A stretch of DNA of 64,000 nucleotides from Nitrososphaeraceae archaeon (GCA_044870765.1 JBIOZG010000012.1:32001-96000); one strand, 5' to 3'. Positions 10,689 to 20,745 are shown, counted from the stretch's first letter. The notes: generated by a model from the letters alone, not told the origin. Made by a program: numbers and translations.

Positions 10689-10804
10689 TGCCAGCACTGC
10701 TGCTTCCCAACCACTCACGTAGATCAGTAACACAGCAGCGATAACAGGTTTGACTTCCGGGTTCGGAATGGGACCGGGTCGCACCCTGCTACTATGGCCG
10801 GCTT
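10689..10804 (-). rRNA. rrf: 5S ribosomal RNA (not linked to 16S/23S in this window)
   Basis: Reverse complement reads GCCGGCCATAG...CCCGGTCCCATTCCGAACCCGGAAGTCAAACC...GGGAAGCAGCAGTGCTGGC with the conserved CCGAAC loop and a paired terminal helix; ends approximate. Confidence 0.95.
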
Positions 10805-10969
10805 AACAATGCTAAACATGAGGAGCTAATTTAATGTTGCCTTGCTCATGCTTGCGACTATTGGCTTTCTTGGTTTACATATGGGGTAATTGCTATTTTA
10901 TCGAGTTACGGGGTTTAATTCGATAGATGTACCATAACGTATAATTTCTCTGAAATAGTTGAGCCTTAT

Positions 10970-11524
10970 ATGCGCCGGACTGTCAATCATAAGGAATTGT
11001 TCCAGTGCGTGAACCGTTGTGCAGTAATTGCGATTGCCTTGTTTTTCATGTATGTTTTTTTGAATACGATACCTCAACTTGTTCCGACCACAATTGTACG
11101 TAACATCGTATTTGCCGGAGGCAGTAAAGGACACTTCAATGAGGATGATTTCAAAATAATAAAGTTCGGGATTGGGACTGACGGCAATCCGTTTTTGACT
11201 GTGGAAGGAAAGGCAGGCGGATCTACACCGCAGAAAGAAGATACTGGGCTTGCCTATGTATTTGTAACAAATAATGGAACTTATGCAGCTACATCAGACT
11301 GGATGTATACAAAGTGGCATGCTCACGAGTTAACACTAGATGAGAAGAACTGCGTGAAATCCATGAACATGAACTCAGGGGTAGGTGTTGAAATGGGAGA
11401 CAACGTAAAAATCACCAACGCAAATGCAACAAAGCTCAAAAATGTCATGACTGTCGAGTTTGGGCTTGATAATAAAGACGGATCGATATGCGCTAATCAA
11501 ATATTCGATATGGCCCCAAAATAA
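10970..11524 (+). CDS. Hypothetical exported or membrane-anchored protein
   Basis: Hydrophobic N-terminal segment, WHAH motif, two C-terminal Cys; true start uncertain. Confidence 0.6.
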   Translation: MRRTVNHKELFQCVNRCAVIAIALFFMYVFLNTIPQLVPTTIVRNIVFAGGSKGHFNEDDFKIIKFGIGTDGNPFLTVEGKAGGSTPQKEDTGLAYVFVTNNGTYAATSDWMYTKWHAHELTLDEKNCVKSMNMNSGVGVEMGDNVKITNANATKLKNVMTVEFGLDNKDGSICANQIFDMAPK

Positions 11525-11895
11525 AATAATTATTACAACATTGTTGTGAATCAAATCCGATTATTGCACGGGGGCTCTAACCTAATTCACAACTCAAGTT
11601 GTTGTCTTAGTTTTTCATACTTTGAAACGCATTAATACAAAAGTAAGTCGACAATGCAGCGACTGCGATAGATAACGAAATTACCTTGGAGTTAGACCAA
11701 AAGATTCGCTTACATTGCTCCTTAATTCCGGTGTGTTCAATTCATGTTCTGTATGCGCACCAGTAGTTGCTGCCTTGTTTATCGTAAAACCAACTCGATA
11801 ATTTAGATCATATAGATTGAATCTTTTTATTGTTACCTTTGCGTTCCAAAAACTATATTCTGTATCTAATGCACCTTAACAATTATAATACATTC

Positions 11896-11903
11896 TTTTA
11901 TAA
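11896..11903 (+). promoter_or_regulatory. Putative TATA box of the rli1-trm5 operon
   Basis: TTTTATAA 19-26 nt upstream of ATG 11922, consistent with a leaderless transcript. Confidence 0.5.
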
Positions 11904-11921
11904 TCACTAGTACAGTTACAT

Positions 11922-13718
11922 ATGAAGTCTAGTTCTACTCACAGGGTAGCCGTTTTGGACGAAGAACTCTGTCAACCAAAGAAATGTGGATTGGAATGTA
12001 TCATTTACTGTCCAGTTAACAAGACAGGTGGAGAGTGTATAGTACAGAGGCCCGAAGATGGGAAGGCGGTTATTTCTGAAGAATTATGCACGGGATGCGG
12101 GATTTGTATAAAAAAGTGCCCTTTTGATGCCATAGTAATCGTTAATCTAGCTAAGGAGATTGGAGACCACAAGATACATCAATATGGTATCAATTCTTTC
12201 AGACTTTACCACATTCCTTTACTTAAAAAAGGTTCAGTAGTGGGACTATTAGGACGAAATGGAATTGGTAAATCAACACTTTTGAATATATTGTCAGGAA
12301 ATATCAAACCGAATTTTGGAAATTATGATTCTGAGATACATTGGGATGATATTATAAAGAATTTTCAGGGTACTGAGTTAAAGCCTCATTTTGAAAAAAT
12401 TTCTTTAGGTAACTTACGAACCTCTATCAAGCCTCAAATGGTTCAACTAATTCCCAAGGCTTTTAAAGGAACTGCTGGAGAACTTTTGACAAAGTATGAT
12501 GAAAGGGGCATGATCGATACTTTAATAGATCAATTGTCTCTTACCAACTCTTTAGACCGTTCACTCTCTGAACTGAGTGGCGGAGAATTGCAACGATTAG
12601 CAGTTGCAGTAGCGGTCAACAAGGATGCTGATTATTATTTCTTTGACGAACCGTCTTCCTATAACGACATTTATCAACGTCTGGCTGTTGCAAGAACCAT
12701 CAAACAACTTGCTAGCGATGGCAAAAGTGTGATGGTCGTTGAACATGATTTAACACTACTTGACTACCTGTCAGACTATATTCATATCTTGTATGGTGAA
12801 CCAGGAGCATATGGCATAGTTGCACCCATACAGGGAACAAGAGTAGGCATAAACGCCTTTTTGGATGGTTTTATACCTACAGAAAATATCAGATTTCGAG
12901 AAAAATCATTCAAATTTGAGAGTTCGAGCATAAATGAAGAATTGATTGTTGATAGACCGATGACAAAGTTTTCCCAATTGACTAAATCATTTTCTTCCTT
13001 TGAACTAAATGTTTCTCCTGGAGAGATAAGAGAGGGCGAGATAGTCGGGCTGGTAGGAGCAAATGCATTGGGAAAAACTACATTTATGAAAATGATCGCT
13101 GGTATGGAGAAAGCAGATAGTGGCCAAATAGATATTCATGCCAGTTTATCGTACAAACCACAATACTTGCAAAACGAATATGATGGTAATATTCAATCTC
13201 TTTTGAATGTTGCTCATCAAGGACCAATAGAAGGTTCTACGATGGAACAGCAAATTATAGTACCAATGGGTATCAAGAAACTTTATGAGAAGAGAGTAGA
13301 TACATTGAGTGGCGGTGAGCTACAGAAGGTCGCGGTTTGTTGTTCGCTTATTAGACCTGCTGATATTTATGCACTGGATGAACCATCCGCATTTTTGGAT
13401 GTAGAGGATAGAATCAACATTGCTAAATTTTTGCACCGATTTGTAAAATCACAGGGAAAGTCGGCGATAATTGTAGATCATGATATGCAACTGATTGATT
13501 TGGTCTCCGATTCACTAATGATTTTTTCAGGAACACCAGGTGAGAAAGGATTTGCGGGCTCCCCTATCAAGAAGGATCTTGGAATGAACAAGTTCCTTGA
13601 GAACTTGTCAATAACCTACAGACGAGATGAAAATACCGGACGTCCAAGAATCAATAAACTTGGCGGAAGATTAGACAGGGCTCAAAAAAATTCCGGAGAT
13701 TATTACCAGAGGACTTGA
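11922..13718 (+). CDS. rli1: Ribosome recycling ATPase ABCE1/Rli1
   Basis: N-terminal 2x[4Fe-4S] Cys motifs (CQPKKC...CP; CTGCGICIKKCP), two ABC domains, C-terminal RPRINK. Confidence 0.97.
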   Translation: MKSSSTHRVAVLDEELCQPKKCGLECIIYCPVNKTGGECIVQRPEDGKAVISEELCTGCGICIKKCPFDAIVIVNLAKEIGDHKIHQYGINSFRLYHIPLLKKGSVVGLLGRNGIGKSTLLNILSGNIKPNFGNYDSEIHWDDIIKNFQGTELKPHFEKISLGNLRTSIKPQMVQLIPKAFKGTAGELLTKYDERGMIDTLIDQLSLTNSLDRSLSELSGGELQRLAVAVAVNKDADYYFFDEPSSYNDIYQRLAVARTIKQLASDGKSVMVVEHDLTLLDYLSDYIHILYGEPGAYGIVAPIQGTRVGINAFLDGFIPTENIRFREKSFKFESSSINEELIVDRPMTKFSQLTKSFSSFELNVSPGEIREGEIVGLVGANALGKTTFMKMIAGMEKADSGQIDIHASLSYKPQYLQNEYDGNIQSLLNVAHQGPIEGSTMEQQIIVPMGIKKLYEKRVDTLSGGELQKVAVCCSLIRPADIYALDEPSAFLDVEDRINIAKFLHRFVKSQGKSAIIVDHDMQLIDLVSDSLMIFSGTPGEKGFAGSPIKKDLGMNKFLENLSITYRRDENTGRPRINKLGGRLDRAQKNSGDYYQRT

Positions 13719-13733
13719 TCAACAAGCAAAAAC

Positions 13734-14576
13734 ATGACAAGAATGCTAAAACAGGTTTTGCAAGAAAAACTTGATGTTACCGAGATTGATAACCTGTCTT
13801 CCTCCTTTGACATAATCGGCAGTATCGCCATTATTAAAATTCCAGAAAAATTGTCATCAAAGAAAACACTTATTGCAGACACATTAATCGAAGAAATCAA
13901 ATCAGTAAAAACTGTATTCTCTCAAGTATCAGCAATTGAGGGAGATTACAGATTGCGTAAGTTGGAATTTTTATCAGGAGAAAATACTCCAATTACCATC
14001 TACAAGGAACATGGATGTACGTTTAAAGTGGATGTTATCAATACATACTTCTCTCCGAGGCTTTCAACCGAACGACTCAGGATATCAAATTTGGTAAACC
14101 CTGATGAAGTCATCGTAAATATGTTTGGAGGCGTAGGAACATTCTCCATTGTAATAGCACGTAATAACAGGTCGTTGAAAATCTATTCTATAGATTCAAA
14201 TCCAATTGCTTATAATTTATGTAAAGAGAATACAGAGATAAACAAATTATCGAATAATGTTATTCCAATTCTCGGTGACGCTAAGGAGATAATACCCAAA
14301 AAGCTTAGAGGAATCGCCACCAGAGTTCTTATGCCATTACCTGAGAAAGCAAAAGAGTTCGTTGACTCTGCAGTAAGTTCACTTGTAAATAGTAATGGCA
14401 TTGTACATTATTTTGCTCATGTAGGAGCAGAGAATAAGAAGAATGCTATCCAAAGCGCATTATTAGACACAACAGCATCGTTCGGTGATTTCAACCACAT
14501 TATTAGAAATATCAGAGTTGTGAGAGAAGTAGGTCCGCGATTTTATCAAATCGTTTCTGACGTAGAAGTAATCTAA
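13734..14576 (+). CDS. Trm5/Taw2 (Met-10+) family SAM-dependent tRNA-modifying transferase
   Basis: FDIIGSIAI, KEHGC.F.VD, YFSPRLSTER, NMFGGVGTFS, RVLMPLP. Confidence 0.9.
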   Translation: MTRMLKQVLQEKLDVTEIDNLSSSFDIIGSIAIIKIPEKLSSKKTLIADTLIEEIKSVKTVFSQVSAIEGDYRLRKLEFLSGENTPITIYKEHGCTFKVDVINTYFSPRLSTERLRISNLVNPDEVIVNMFGGVGTFSIVIARNNRSLKIYSIDSNPIAYNLCKENTEINKLSNNVIPILGDAKEIIPKKLRGIATRVLMPLPEKAKEFVDSAVSSLVNSNGIVHYFAHVGAENKKNAIQSALLDTTASFGDFNHIIRNIRVVREVGPRFYQIVSDVEVI

Positions 14577-14584
14577 TCTGCTAG

Positions 14585-14809
14585 TCATTTATCCCGTGGA
14601 GCGGTAGCCATTGTATAGCCCATCCATACAAGTACTGTCATGATAATCCCGACGATGATTATCAAAGTTAATTTTATTACAAATATGTCCCAATGTGTAA
14701 ATAACATCAAATATGAAAATACAATGAAAAAAAGTGATGGAACGACAAGTAATATTAATCCAATAATCTTATTTTCTCTCCTACCTGTTGGGGCGTTTGC
14801 TTCACTCAT
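14585..14809 (-). CDS. Small two-TM membrane protein
   Basis: Two hydrophobic helices, C-terminal WMGYTMAT; 4-nt overlap with the acetyltransferase stop. Confidence 0.75.
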   Translation of the reverse strand: MSEANAPTGRRENKIIGLILLVVPSLFFIVFSYLMLFTHWDIFVIKLTLIIIVGIIMTVLVWMGYTMATAPRDK

Positions 14810-15303
14810 GGTAATTCCAATGCCATCAAGTACGCATCCTCGCCGTCTCTATAATACGATTTCAGCTTTGACCTCACCTTGAAATTTAGTTTCTCATACA
14901 TTTTTATTGCTGCCGAATTGCTAACCCTCACTTCTAGGTAGACTTCTTCAGTTCTCCTTGAAACAAGACCATTTACTGCTTCTTCCATAAGTATAGTCCC
15001 TACTTTCCTACCTCGATGTTCTTCCAATATTGCGATGGAAACAACATGTCCCTTTTTTACGAAGCCTAATTTTCTGAAGTTTGAAAATCCAAATTCTATC
15101 TTGCACATTACATAACCAACTATCTTTCCATCATGTTCAGCAAGAATAAATGATTCTGGCAACTCTTTGAGAATTGACTCGAAAAAATACTCAGTGTAGT
15201 GTTCAGGAAGTGAATTTAAATTAATTTCAATAACAGAATGTAAGTTGTCTTGACCACACCTATAAAAGACATAGTCTCCATTTTTTCGTAGGCAGCTCTG
15301 CAA
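14806..15303 (-). CDS. rimI: N-terminal acetyltransferase (RimI/Ard1 GNAT family)
   Basis: LPEHY, KGHVVSIA, RGRKVG, LEVRVSN, YYRDGEDAYLM. Confidence 0.93.
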   Translation of the reverse strand: MQSCLRKNGDYVFYRCGQDNLHSVIEINLNSLPEHYTEYFFESILKELPESFILAEHDGKIVGYVMCKIEFGFSNFRKLGFVKKGHVVSIAILEEHRGRKVGTILMEEAVNGLVSRRTEEVYLEVRVSNSAAIKMYEKLNFKVRSKLKSYYRDGEDAYLMALELP

Positions 15304-15361
15304 ATTATCAAATTAATGATAATTAATTATTTTAACTTTGGCTTTTCAAACCTCACTTGAC

Positions 15362-16477
15362 TCAACTTGTAACATTGTTTTTGAATATAGCAACGTTTGG
15401 ATCAAGAGCTATTGAAATCTTATGACTCTTACCATTAATTTCAAGTATTTTATCTGCTGCCTCCTGAATATTAGAAAATATTTTAAAGCCAAACGTTTCT
15501 TTCAGATAATACTTGGGTAAGGAAGAAAGAATTGAGATCGTGAATTTTTCCTTCAACTCTTTGATATACAGGATATGTTCGAGGCCGTCGATGTAGTTGG
15601 AATTTTTGTAATCATCTAATTTTATTTGTCCATATGCGAATTTTTCTATTGCAGAGCTTCCAAAACCTTTGTTATTTTCTGAAACAATAACTACAATGGA
15701 ATTTTTTCTTAGAATACGAATCGAGTTCCATAGCAATTCCAATGAACTTGATAAGGTCGAACTTGAATTGGTATCAATATTTGTACCGATTATCAGAGAT
15801 TTTTGTTCATGTTCATTTTCAAGTGACAACTCATTTAGTTTTTCAATTCCTCTGTGGAAAGAATGAGCTAATTCACCATAGAAAAAATTGTTAATGCCGG
15901 AATTATTTGACACTATCTCAATGGACATAGCACGCATATCTTCACAGAACTTTTCTGCAATTTCGATCGGCGGTCCTTTATCACCCGGGTGAGGAAGATC
16001 GTCCATTCTTACACTGAAGGCTTCATTCATTTTGACCCCCCCGAATTCTCGGAGGAGTTTGGTAGGAGTACCGGAATAACCAAAAAAGGGATCAATGTTT
16101 GTTTTTGAAATAAAAATAGTGTCCTTATTATTTGTGCGTTCCAGGAAATGATCGCTTTTTTTTTCAAACAAGGCAATATTTTGATTCTGTATTTTACTTG
16201 ATAACTGCTTACGTGCTTTTAGGATTGATTCAATAGACAACTTAATTCCTTTAGTTTCGGCAAAGGAAACCAATCTGGAAGTGAGTTGAATCGTAGAATT
16301 TGAGGCATCTAGAGGAATGAGTATTGTGTTATCATTCATGTCAATAGATTCGATTTTTTGATCTAGGCTTTCAAGTGCCAGTGTATCAAATTTTGAATTT
16401 TCAATAAGTGAAAGATTCTCTACCTTAAGGTCTACTATGATGTCGGTGCTACCGTAATTTAGCCATAATTCAGGCAT
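15362..16477 (-). CDS. LarA/DUF2088-like protein (degenerate lactate racemase fold)
   Basis: N-terminal WLNYG, PFFGYSG..KL, C-terminal SEN..GFGS resemble the LarA family. Confidence 0.6.
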   Translation of the reverse strand: MPELWLNYGSTDIIVDLKVENLSLIENSKFDTLALESLDQKIESIDMNDNTILIPLDASNSTIQLTSRLVSFAETKGIKLSIESILKARKQLSSKIQNQNIALFEKKSDHFLERTNNKDTIFISKTNIDPFFGYSGTPTKLLREFGGVKMNEAFSVRMDDLPHPGDKGPPIEIAEKFCEDMRAMSIEIVSNNSGINNFFYGELAHSFHRGIEKLNELSLENEHEQKSLIIGTNIDTNSSSTLSSSLELLWNSIRILRKNSIVVIVSENNKGFGSSAIEKFAYGQIKLDDYKNSNYIDGLEHILYIKELKEKFTISILSSLPKYYLKETFGFKIFSNIQEAADKILEINGKSHKISIALDPNVAIFKNNVTS

Positions 16478-16521
16478 GTTCGAATCGAAGTATAGGAGAA
16501 TTCAATTGATGAAAAGATAGG

Positions 16522-17085
16522 TTAACCTTCATAGATCATTAAATTCTTCTCTTCAAGTAAGTCATGCAAATTGTGGACAGCCCTGTAGACTTCCGATTCC
16601 TTTTTAGCCCCTGTGCACACCAATTTCCCACTCGCGAAAAGAAGAATGACCGTTTTTGGGTCAAGCATCCTGTGAATTAGACCAGGAAACTGTTCAGGTT
16701 CATACATACTACGCGGCAACACTCTCGCAGCTAATTCTAAATGGATTTTACCACCCAGACTTGCAGACGCAACAATATTTTGTATTTCTATTTGAGGTTC
16801 ATTTTCAATAGGAATACTGCCTTTTCTCAATTTCTGGACCACATTTTTTACTGCCTTTATAGCCTGTTCTTCAGATTTTGCACCAGTACAGACCATTTTG
16901 CCTGAACTGAAAATCAATGTTGCAGTCTTTGGAGATTTTAGTCTAAAGACAAGCCCTGGAAACTGATCTGGATGATATTCCACATCTGGAAAGATTTGAG
17001 TAATTAAATTAAGATTTACAGTCTGATTGACAGTCGCCGAAGCTACAACATTTTCGATACTAACAATGGGCTTAGTTTCAGGCAT
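16522..17085 (-). CDS. tbp: TATA-box-binding protein
   Basis: Two repeats: IENVVAS..YHPDQFPGLV..LIFSSGKMVCTGAK and IQNIVAS..YEPEQFPGLI..LLFASGKLVCTGAK. Confidence 0.98.
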   Translation of the reverse strand: MPETKPIVSIENVVASATVNQTVNLNLITQIFPDVEYHPDQFPGLVFRLKSPKTATLIFSSGKMVCTGAKSEEQAIKAVKNVVQKLRKGSIPIENEPQIEIQNIVASASLGGKIHLELAARVLPRSMYEPEQFPGLIHRMLDPKTVILLFASGKLVCTGAKKESEVYRAVHNLHDLLEEKNLMIYEG

Positions 17086-17110
17086 ACTAGGTTCGCTTTA
17101 TAAATGGAAG

Positions 17111-17118
17111 TATATATA
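17111..17118 (-). promoter_or_regulatory. Putative TATA box of the tbp operon
   Basis: TATATATA 26-33 nt upstream of the tbp ATG. Confidence 0.5.
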
Positions 17119-17196
17119 CGTGTTTGGAACCGGCCTCAAATCACATAACATGTTTTAGCTCGGAGCAAAATAATTCGAAAATAAGTCCACTCTTGA

Positions 17197-17550
17197 CTAA
17201 AGTAATTTAAGTTCTGAAGTTACTTTATCTATAATATACGATGGAGCAGGACCAATTCCAATACACGTGACAGTTCCTGATGGAATCTGTGTCAGGCCCA
17301 TGTCTTGAACTATTACTTGCGGTATCATGAATTTTTCTGCCTTGCGGCTTATTTGAAGTAACTCTTCCAAGCTGTTTACCTTTACAACTATCTTTGGTTG
17401 TCCTTCATTTAACCAACTTCGTACCCATACATTGTCGAATTTTTTGGATTCGTCAACGCCCAGTACCGCTGCGTGTCCGACTTGGGCCGCTATTTTTCCA
17501 ACGCCCATGCGAAGGTCTTTTCTTACAACAATGACTTGTTTGAACTCCAC
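17197..17550 (-). CDS. pth2: Peptidyl-tRNA hydrolase Pth2
   Basis: KQVIVVRKDL.MG.GKIAAQVGHA, GQPKIVVK, D.GLTQI, GIGP. Confidence 0.96.
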   Translation of the reverse strand: MEFKQVIVVRKDLRMGVGKIAAQVGHAAVLGVDESKKFDNVWVRSWLNEGQPKIVVKVNSLEELLQISRKAEKFMIPQVIVQDMGLTQIPSGTVTCIGIGPAPSYIIDKVTSELKLL

Positions 17551-17598
17551 TTCAGGTTAGTTAATAAAATGATGAAATAATTGTTTTCCTTGTAGGCT

Positions 17599-18783
17599 AT
17601 GGAATACTATGATGTATTAATCGCAGGAGGGAGTGTAGCGGGTCTTACAACCGCAAGAGAATGTTCCTCCAATGGTAATTCAACGATTGTGATAGAAGAG
17701 GATCACGAAATTGGAACTCCAGAACATTGTGGTGGAATGGTTAGCCTGAGTGGACTACAAAAATTGGGCCTTATGCTTGACTCAAACAATTTTCAAAATG
17801 CAGTACCAATAGCCAGAATTAGGTCCAAATCAGCTAGTTTCGAACTGTCTGCCGAAAAACAAAATGTTATTGTGGTAGATAGGAGGGGTTTGGACAAACA
17901 AATCGCTAAACAAGCAGAGGACGCAGGAGCCCAAATTAGAACACGGTGTACATTCAAGTCTATTGCCAAAAAGGAATCAAAATATACTATAAAGACTTCT
18001 GATGGGGAAATAGAATGCAAATACTTTGTCGATGCCAAAGGATTAGGTTCACTAAAAGATGCGAGTCAAAATGGCATTCTAGCTTCTGCTCAATTCGAAG
18101 TTTACGCAAAATGGATTGAAGGTAAAACCGTAGAGATTCTTTTTGACTCTGATAAATATCCCGGATTTTTTATGTGGATAATACCTATGGGCGATGGTAG
18201 AGGCAAGATCGGAGTTGCGGGAAAGGGAATAAATACTTCAGTTGCACTGCATGAATTCATAAGATCAAAGGGAGAGAAATACTCGATAATTAGAAAGATC
18301 TTTGCTCCGATTTGGATCGGGGGACCGAAGTCTCAGTTTGTTTTTGATAGGACCTTAATAGTTGGTGATGCTGCTGGGCAGACAAAACCAACAACAGCCG
18401 GAGGAATTTTTAGCTGCGGAATGGGAGGGGTTTTTGCTGGTCAAGCAATTTCTAATGCGATTGAAAAAAATGACGATACCTTGCTTTATGAATATGAGAA
18501 AAGTTGGAAGTCTATGTTTCAAAAGGAATTCCAGTCCATGTTACTTGCAAGAAAAGTACTAGAAAGGTTGGATAATAAGGCTATAGATGGTATTTTCTCT
18601 TCACTTTCAAAAAAAGCGATTACCGATGTCTCGAATTTTTCAGATTTTGATTTTCACTCTAGCGCTCTGTCCCTCTTTCTTAAATCAAAAATTGCTACTA
18701 ATTTGACAAAAATATTAATCGGAAATGAATTTAGAAGGGTATTTGGCAGTAGGAATGATGATGACAATTCAATTCATCAATAA
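17599..18783 (+). CDS. Geranylgeranyl reductase family FAD-dependent oxidoreductase
   Basis: FAD-binding N-terminus, PEHCGG, DR..LD, VGDAAGQTKP.TAGGI. Confidence 0.88.
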   Translation: MEYYDVLIAGGSVAGLTTARECSSNGNSTIVIEEDHEIGTPEHCGGMVSLSGLQKLGLMLDSNNFQNAVPIARIRSKSASFELSAEKQNVIVVDRRGLDKQIAKQAEDAGAQIRTRCTFKSIAKKESKYTIKTSDGEIECKYFVDAKGLGSLKDASQNGILASAQFEVYAKWIEGKTVEILFDSDKYPGFFMWIIPMGDGRGKIGVAGKGINTSVALHEFIRSKGEKYSIIRKIFAPIWIGGPKSQFVFDRTLIVGDAAGQTKPTTAGGIFSCGMGGVFAGQAISNAIEKNDDTLLYEYEKSWKSMFQKEFQSMLLARKVLERLDNKAIDGIFSSLSKKAITDVSNFSDFDFHSSALSLFLKSKIATNLTKILIGNEFRRVFGSRNDDDNSIHQ

Positions 18784-18867
18784 TGACTAATTTATTGTTG
18801 TAAAACCCCCAGCAAAGTTATCAGGATAATCTTTCACTAATTCAAGCAAGATATAAATTCGGATTAA

Positions 18868-19062
18868 TTGAATGTGCATTTTGTGTCGAAATCCTTACAA
18901 TTGCCAGTTTGTACCTCCTGCAACAGGCCGATTATAGCAAATGACGAATGTGTGAAATACTATTGTCCAAATTGCGGTTATGTTTTGATTTGGAGATGTC
19001 AAAGTTGCAGACAATTTGCTAGATCCTACAGATGCATCGGATGCGGATTTGAAGGGCCATAG
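18868..19062 (+). CDS. Zn-ribbon protein (DUF1610/HVO_2753 family)
   Basis: CTSC, CPNCG, RCQSCR, CIGCGFEGP; directly upstream of EF-1beta as usual in archaea; start may be GTG 18883. Confidence 0.9.
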   Translation: MNVHFVSKSLQLPVCTSCNRPIIANDECVKYYCPNCGYVLIWRCQSCRQFARSYRCIGCGFEGP

Positions 19063-19064
19063 AT

Positions 19065-19346
19065 ATGTCCAAACTAGTTGCCAGGATAAAGATCCTTCCT
19101 TCTGAATCAGAAGCAGATATTGATTCAATTCCCAATCTTTTGAAGCAGACGCTCCCAGATGGATTCAAACTATTAGCGCATACAAAGGAACCAATTGCAT
19201 TCGGACTCTATTCCATCTTGGCTGATTTCACACTAGACGATTCAGAAGGCCAGATGGATTTATTAGAAGAAGCCATAAGGAAGATAGATGCAGTTGGAGA
19301 AATAGAAGTAATAAACGTAAGCCGACAATCTGTCAACATAAAATAA
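19065..19346 (+). CDS. ef1b: Translation elongation factor aEF-1beta
   Basis: KILP, EPIAFGL motif, 93 aa. Confidence 0.94.
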   Translation: MSKLVARIKILPSESEADIDSIPNLLKQTLPDGFKLLAHTKEPIAFGLYSILADFTLDDSEGQMDLLEEAIRKIDAVGEIEVINVSRQSVNIK

Positions 19347-19410
19347 GTAGAGTTTAATTTATTTTTTGAAATCGTTACTTATTACAATAATGTCTAAGCA
19401 GACAATTTAA

Positions 19411-20295
19411 CTAGAATCTGTAGTAGAATAAGGAATCAAATGCAAGCGAAACAAATATGATTACCAGATAAGGTGCTGTAATCTTGTACGCCTTCCATGC
19501 AAAATCTGGGTTGGGATATTTTGTTAGTTTATAATGATATACGAGCATCAACGATCCTGAAATTGCTGCAGTAATGAAGTACACCGCACCTAAGCCGAAT
19601 AGATATAATGATAGTGAATATGGTAACAAAATTGCAGTGTTTGCGAATATATATCCTGCGGTCTTTTCGTTACCTATAAGTACCGGTAGCATAGGAACTT
19701 TTACCGATTCGTATTCCTCCCTTGACTTTATTGCAAAAGACCAAAAATGAGGTGGTGTCCATAAAAAGACCAACAACCCAATCAGGAAACCTAGGATATC
19801 CATAGACCCTGTTGTAGTTGCCCACCCCGCCATTGATGCCGCGCTACCAGCAAATCCACCAACAACAATATTCGAAACATTTGAGCGTTTGAGCCATAAT
19901 GTGTACACGAATACGTAAAAGAATATCCCCAAAGCAATCATACCGGTTGCCATTAGATTTAAGGTTAAGAAAGATATTACAACAGAGCTGATACAAAGGA
20001 TGATACCATAAACAATTACGTTTTTGGGACTCAATCTGCCCGATGGGATCGGTCTTTTTATTGTTCTGGACATTATTTTGTCAATATCTCGATCAAAATA
20101 ATGGTTTAGCGCACTTGATCCCATTGATGCTAAGCAGCCACAAATTGCGAGAAATGCAAGATGGTATGCGGAAATGTCCCAAGCTGTAAATGGAGTGGAA
20201 TCGAATCTGGTAGCAGCTAAAGAACTTGTTATCGCCGTAATAGCTAATACTACAACTATCCTTGGCTTTGATACCTCGATGTAATCAGATAACAT
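19411..20295 (-). CDS. ctaB: Protoheme IX farnesyltransferase (heme O synthase)
   Basis: KPRI, N..FDRDID.IM.RT..RPIPSGR, LWLKR, FLWTPPHFW. Confidence 0.95.
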   Translation of the reverse strand: MLSDYIEVSKPRIVVVLAITAITSSLAATRFDSTPFTAWDISAYHLAFLAICGCLASMGSSALNHYFDRDIDKIMSRTIKRPIPSGRLSPKNVIVYGIILCISSVVISFLTLNLMATGMIALGIFFYVFVYTLWLKRSNVSNIVVGGFAGSAASMAGWATTTGSMDILGFLIGLLVFLWTPPHFWSFAIKSREEYESVKVPMLPVLIGNEKTAGYIFANTAILLPYSLSLYLFGLGAVYFITAAISGSLMLVYHYKLTKYPNPDFAWKAYKITAPYLVIIFVSLAFDSLFYYRF

Positions 20296-20577
20296 TCACA
20301 GATAATTTAATCTCTTAATTGTAACATTTAACTTATTCGCTAAGTCATTCAGGCGCCAATATTAAAACCAAATAATAGAATTCAATATTTCGTTATTGTG
20401 TATCAAACCAGAGGCAAGAATCCTCGGACGATTAATTCTTTTAAGTTCAGGTTTTCAACTCCGAGTTAGTATGATAGCTTGCGCAAATTGCACCTGAACT
20501 GTGTTTTCAAACAAAGTGCCACAAATAGAATATTCAATGTGATTTATAAGCCAGTTAATTAATATCCAATTTGAATC

Positions 20578-20745
20578 ATGGGAAGAAGAAAGAGTACCTC
20601 AAGACCACATAAGACTAGAAGAACAGTTGAAGGCCGTTGTCCAAAGTGCACCACAATTGTTAGATTTAATGTAAGTGGGCCTGTTGGAAGTGAAATTTAC
20701 GAATGTATAGGTTGCAGATCCAAATTCCCCATTGACGAATTATAA
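20578..20745 (+). CDS. Small basic Zn-ribbon protein, 55 aa (not in ORF track)
   Basis: Manual translation MGRRKSTSRPHKTRRTVEGRCPKCTTIVRFNVSGPVGSEIYECIGCRSKFPIDEL; two CxxC; TTTATAA about 30 nt upstream. Confidence 0.8.
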   Translation: MGRRKSTSRPHKTRRTVEGRCPKCTTIVRFNVSGPVGSEIYECIGCRSKFPIDEL

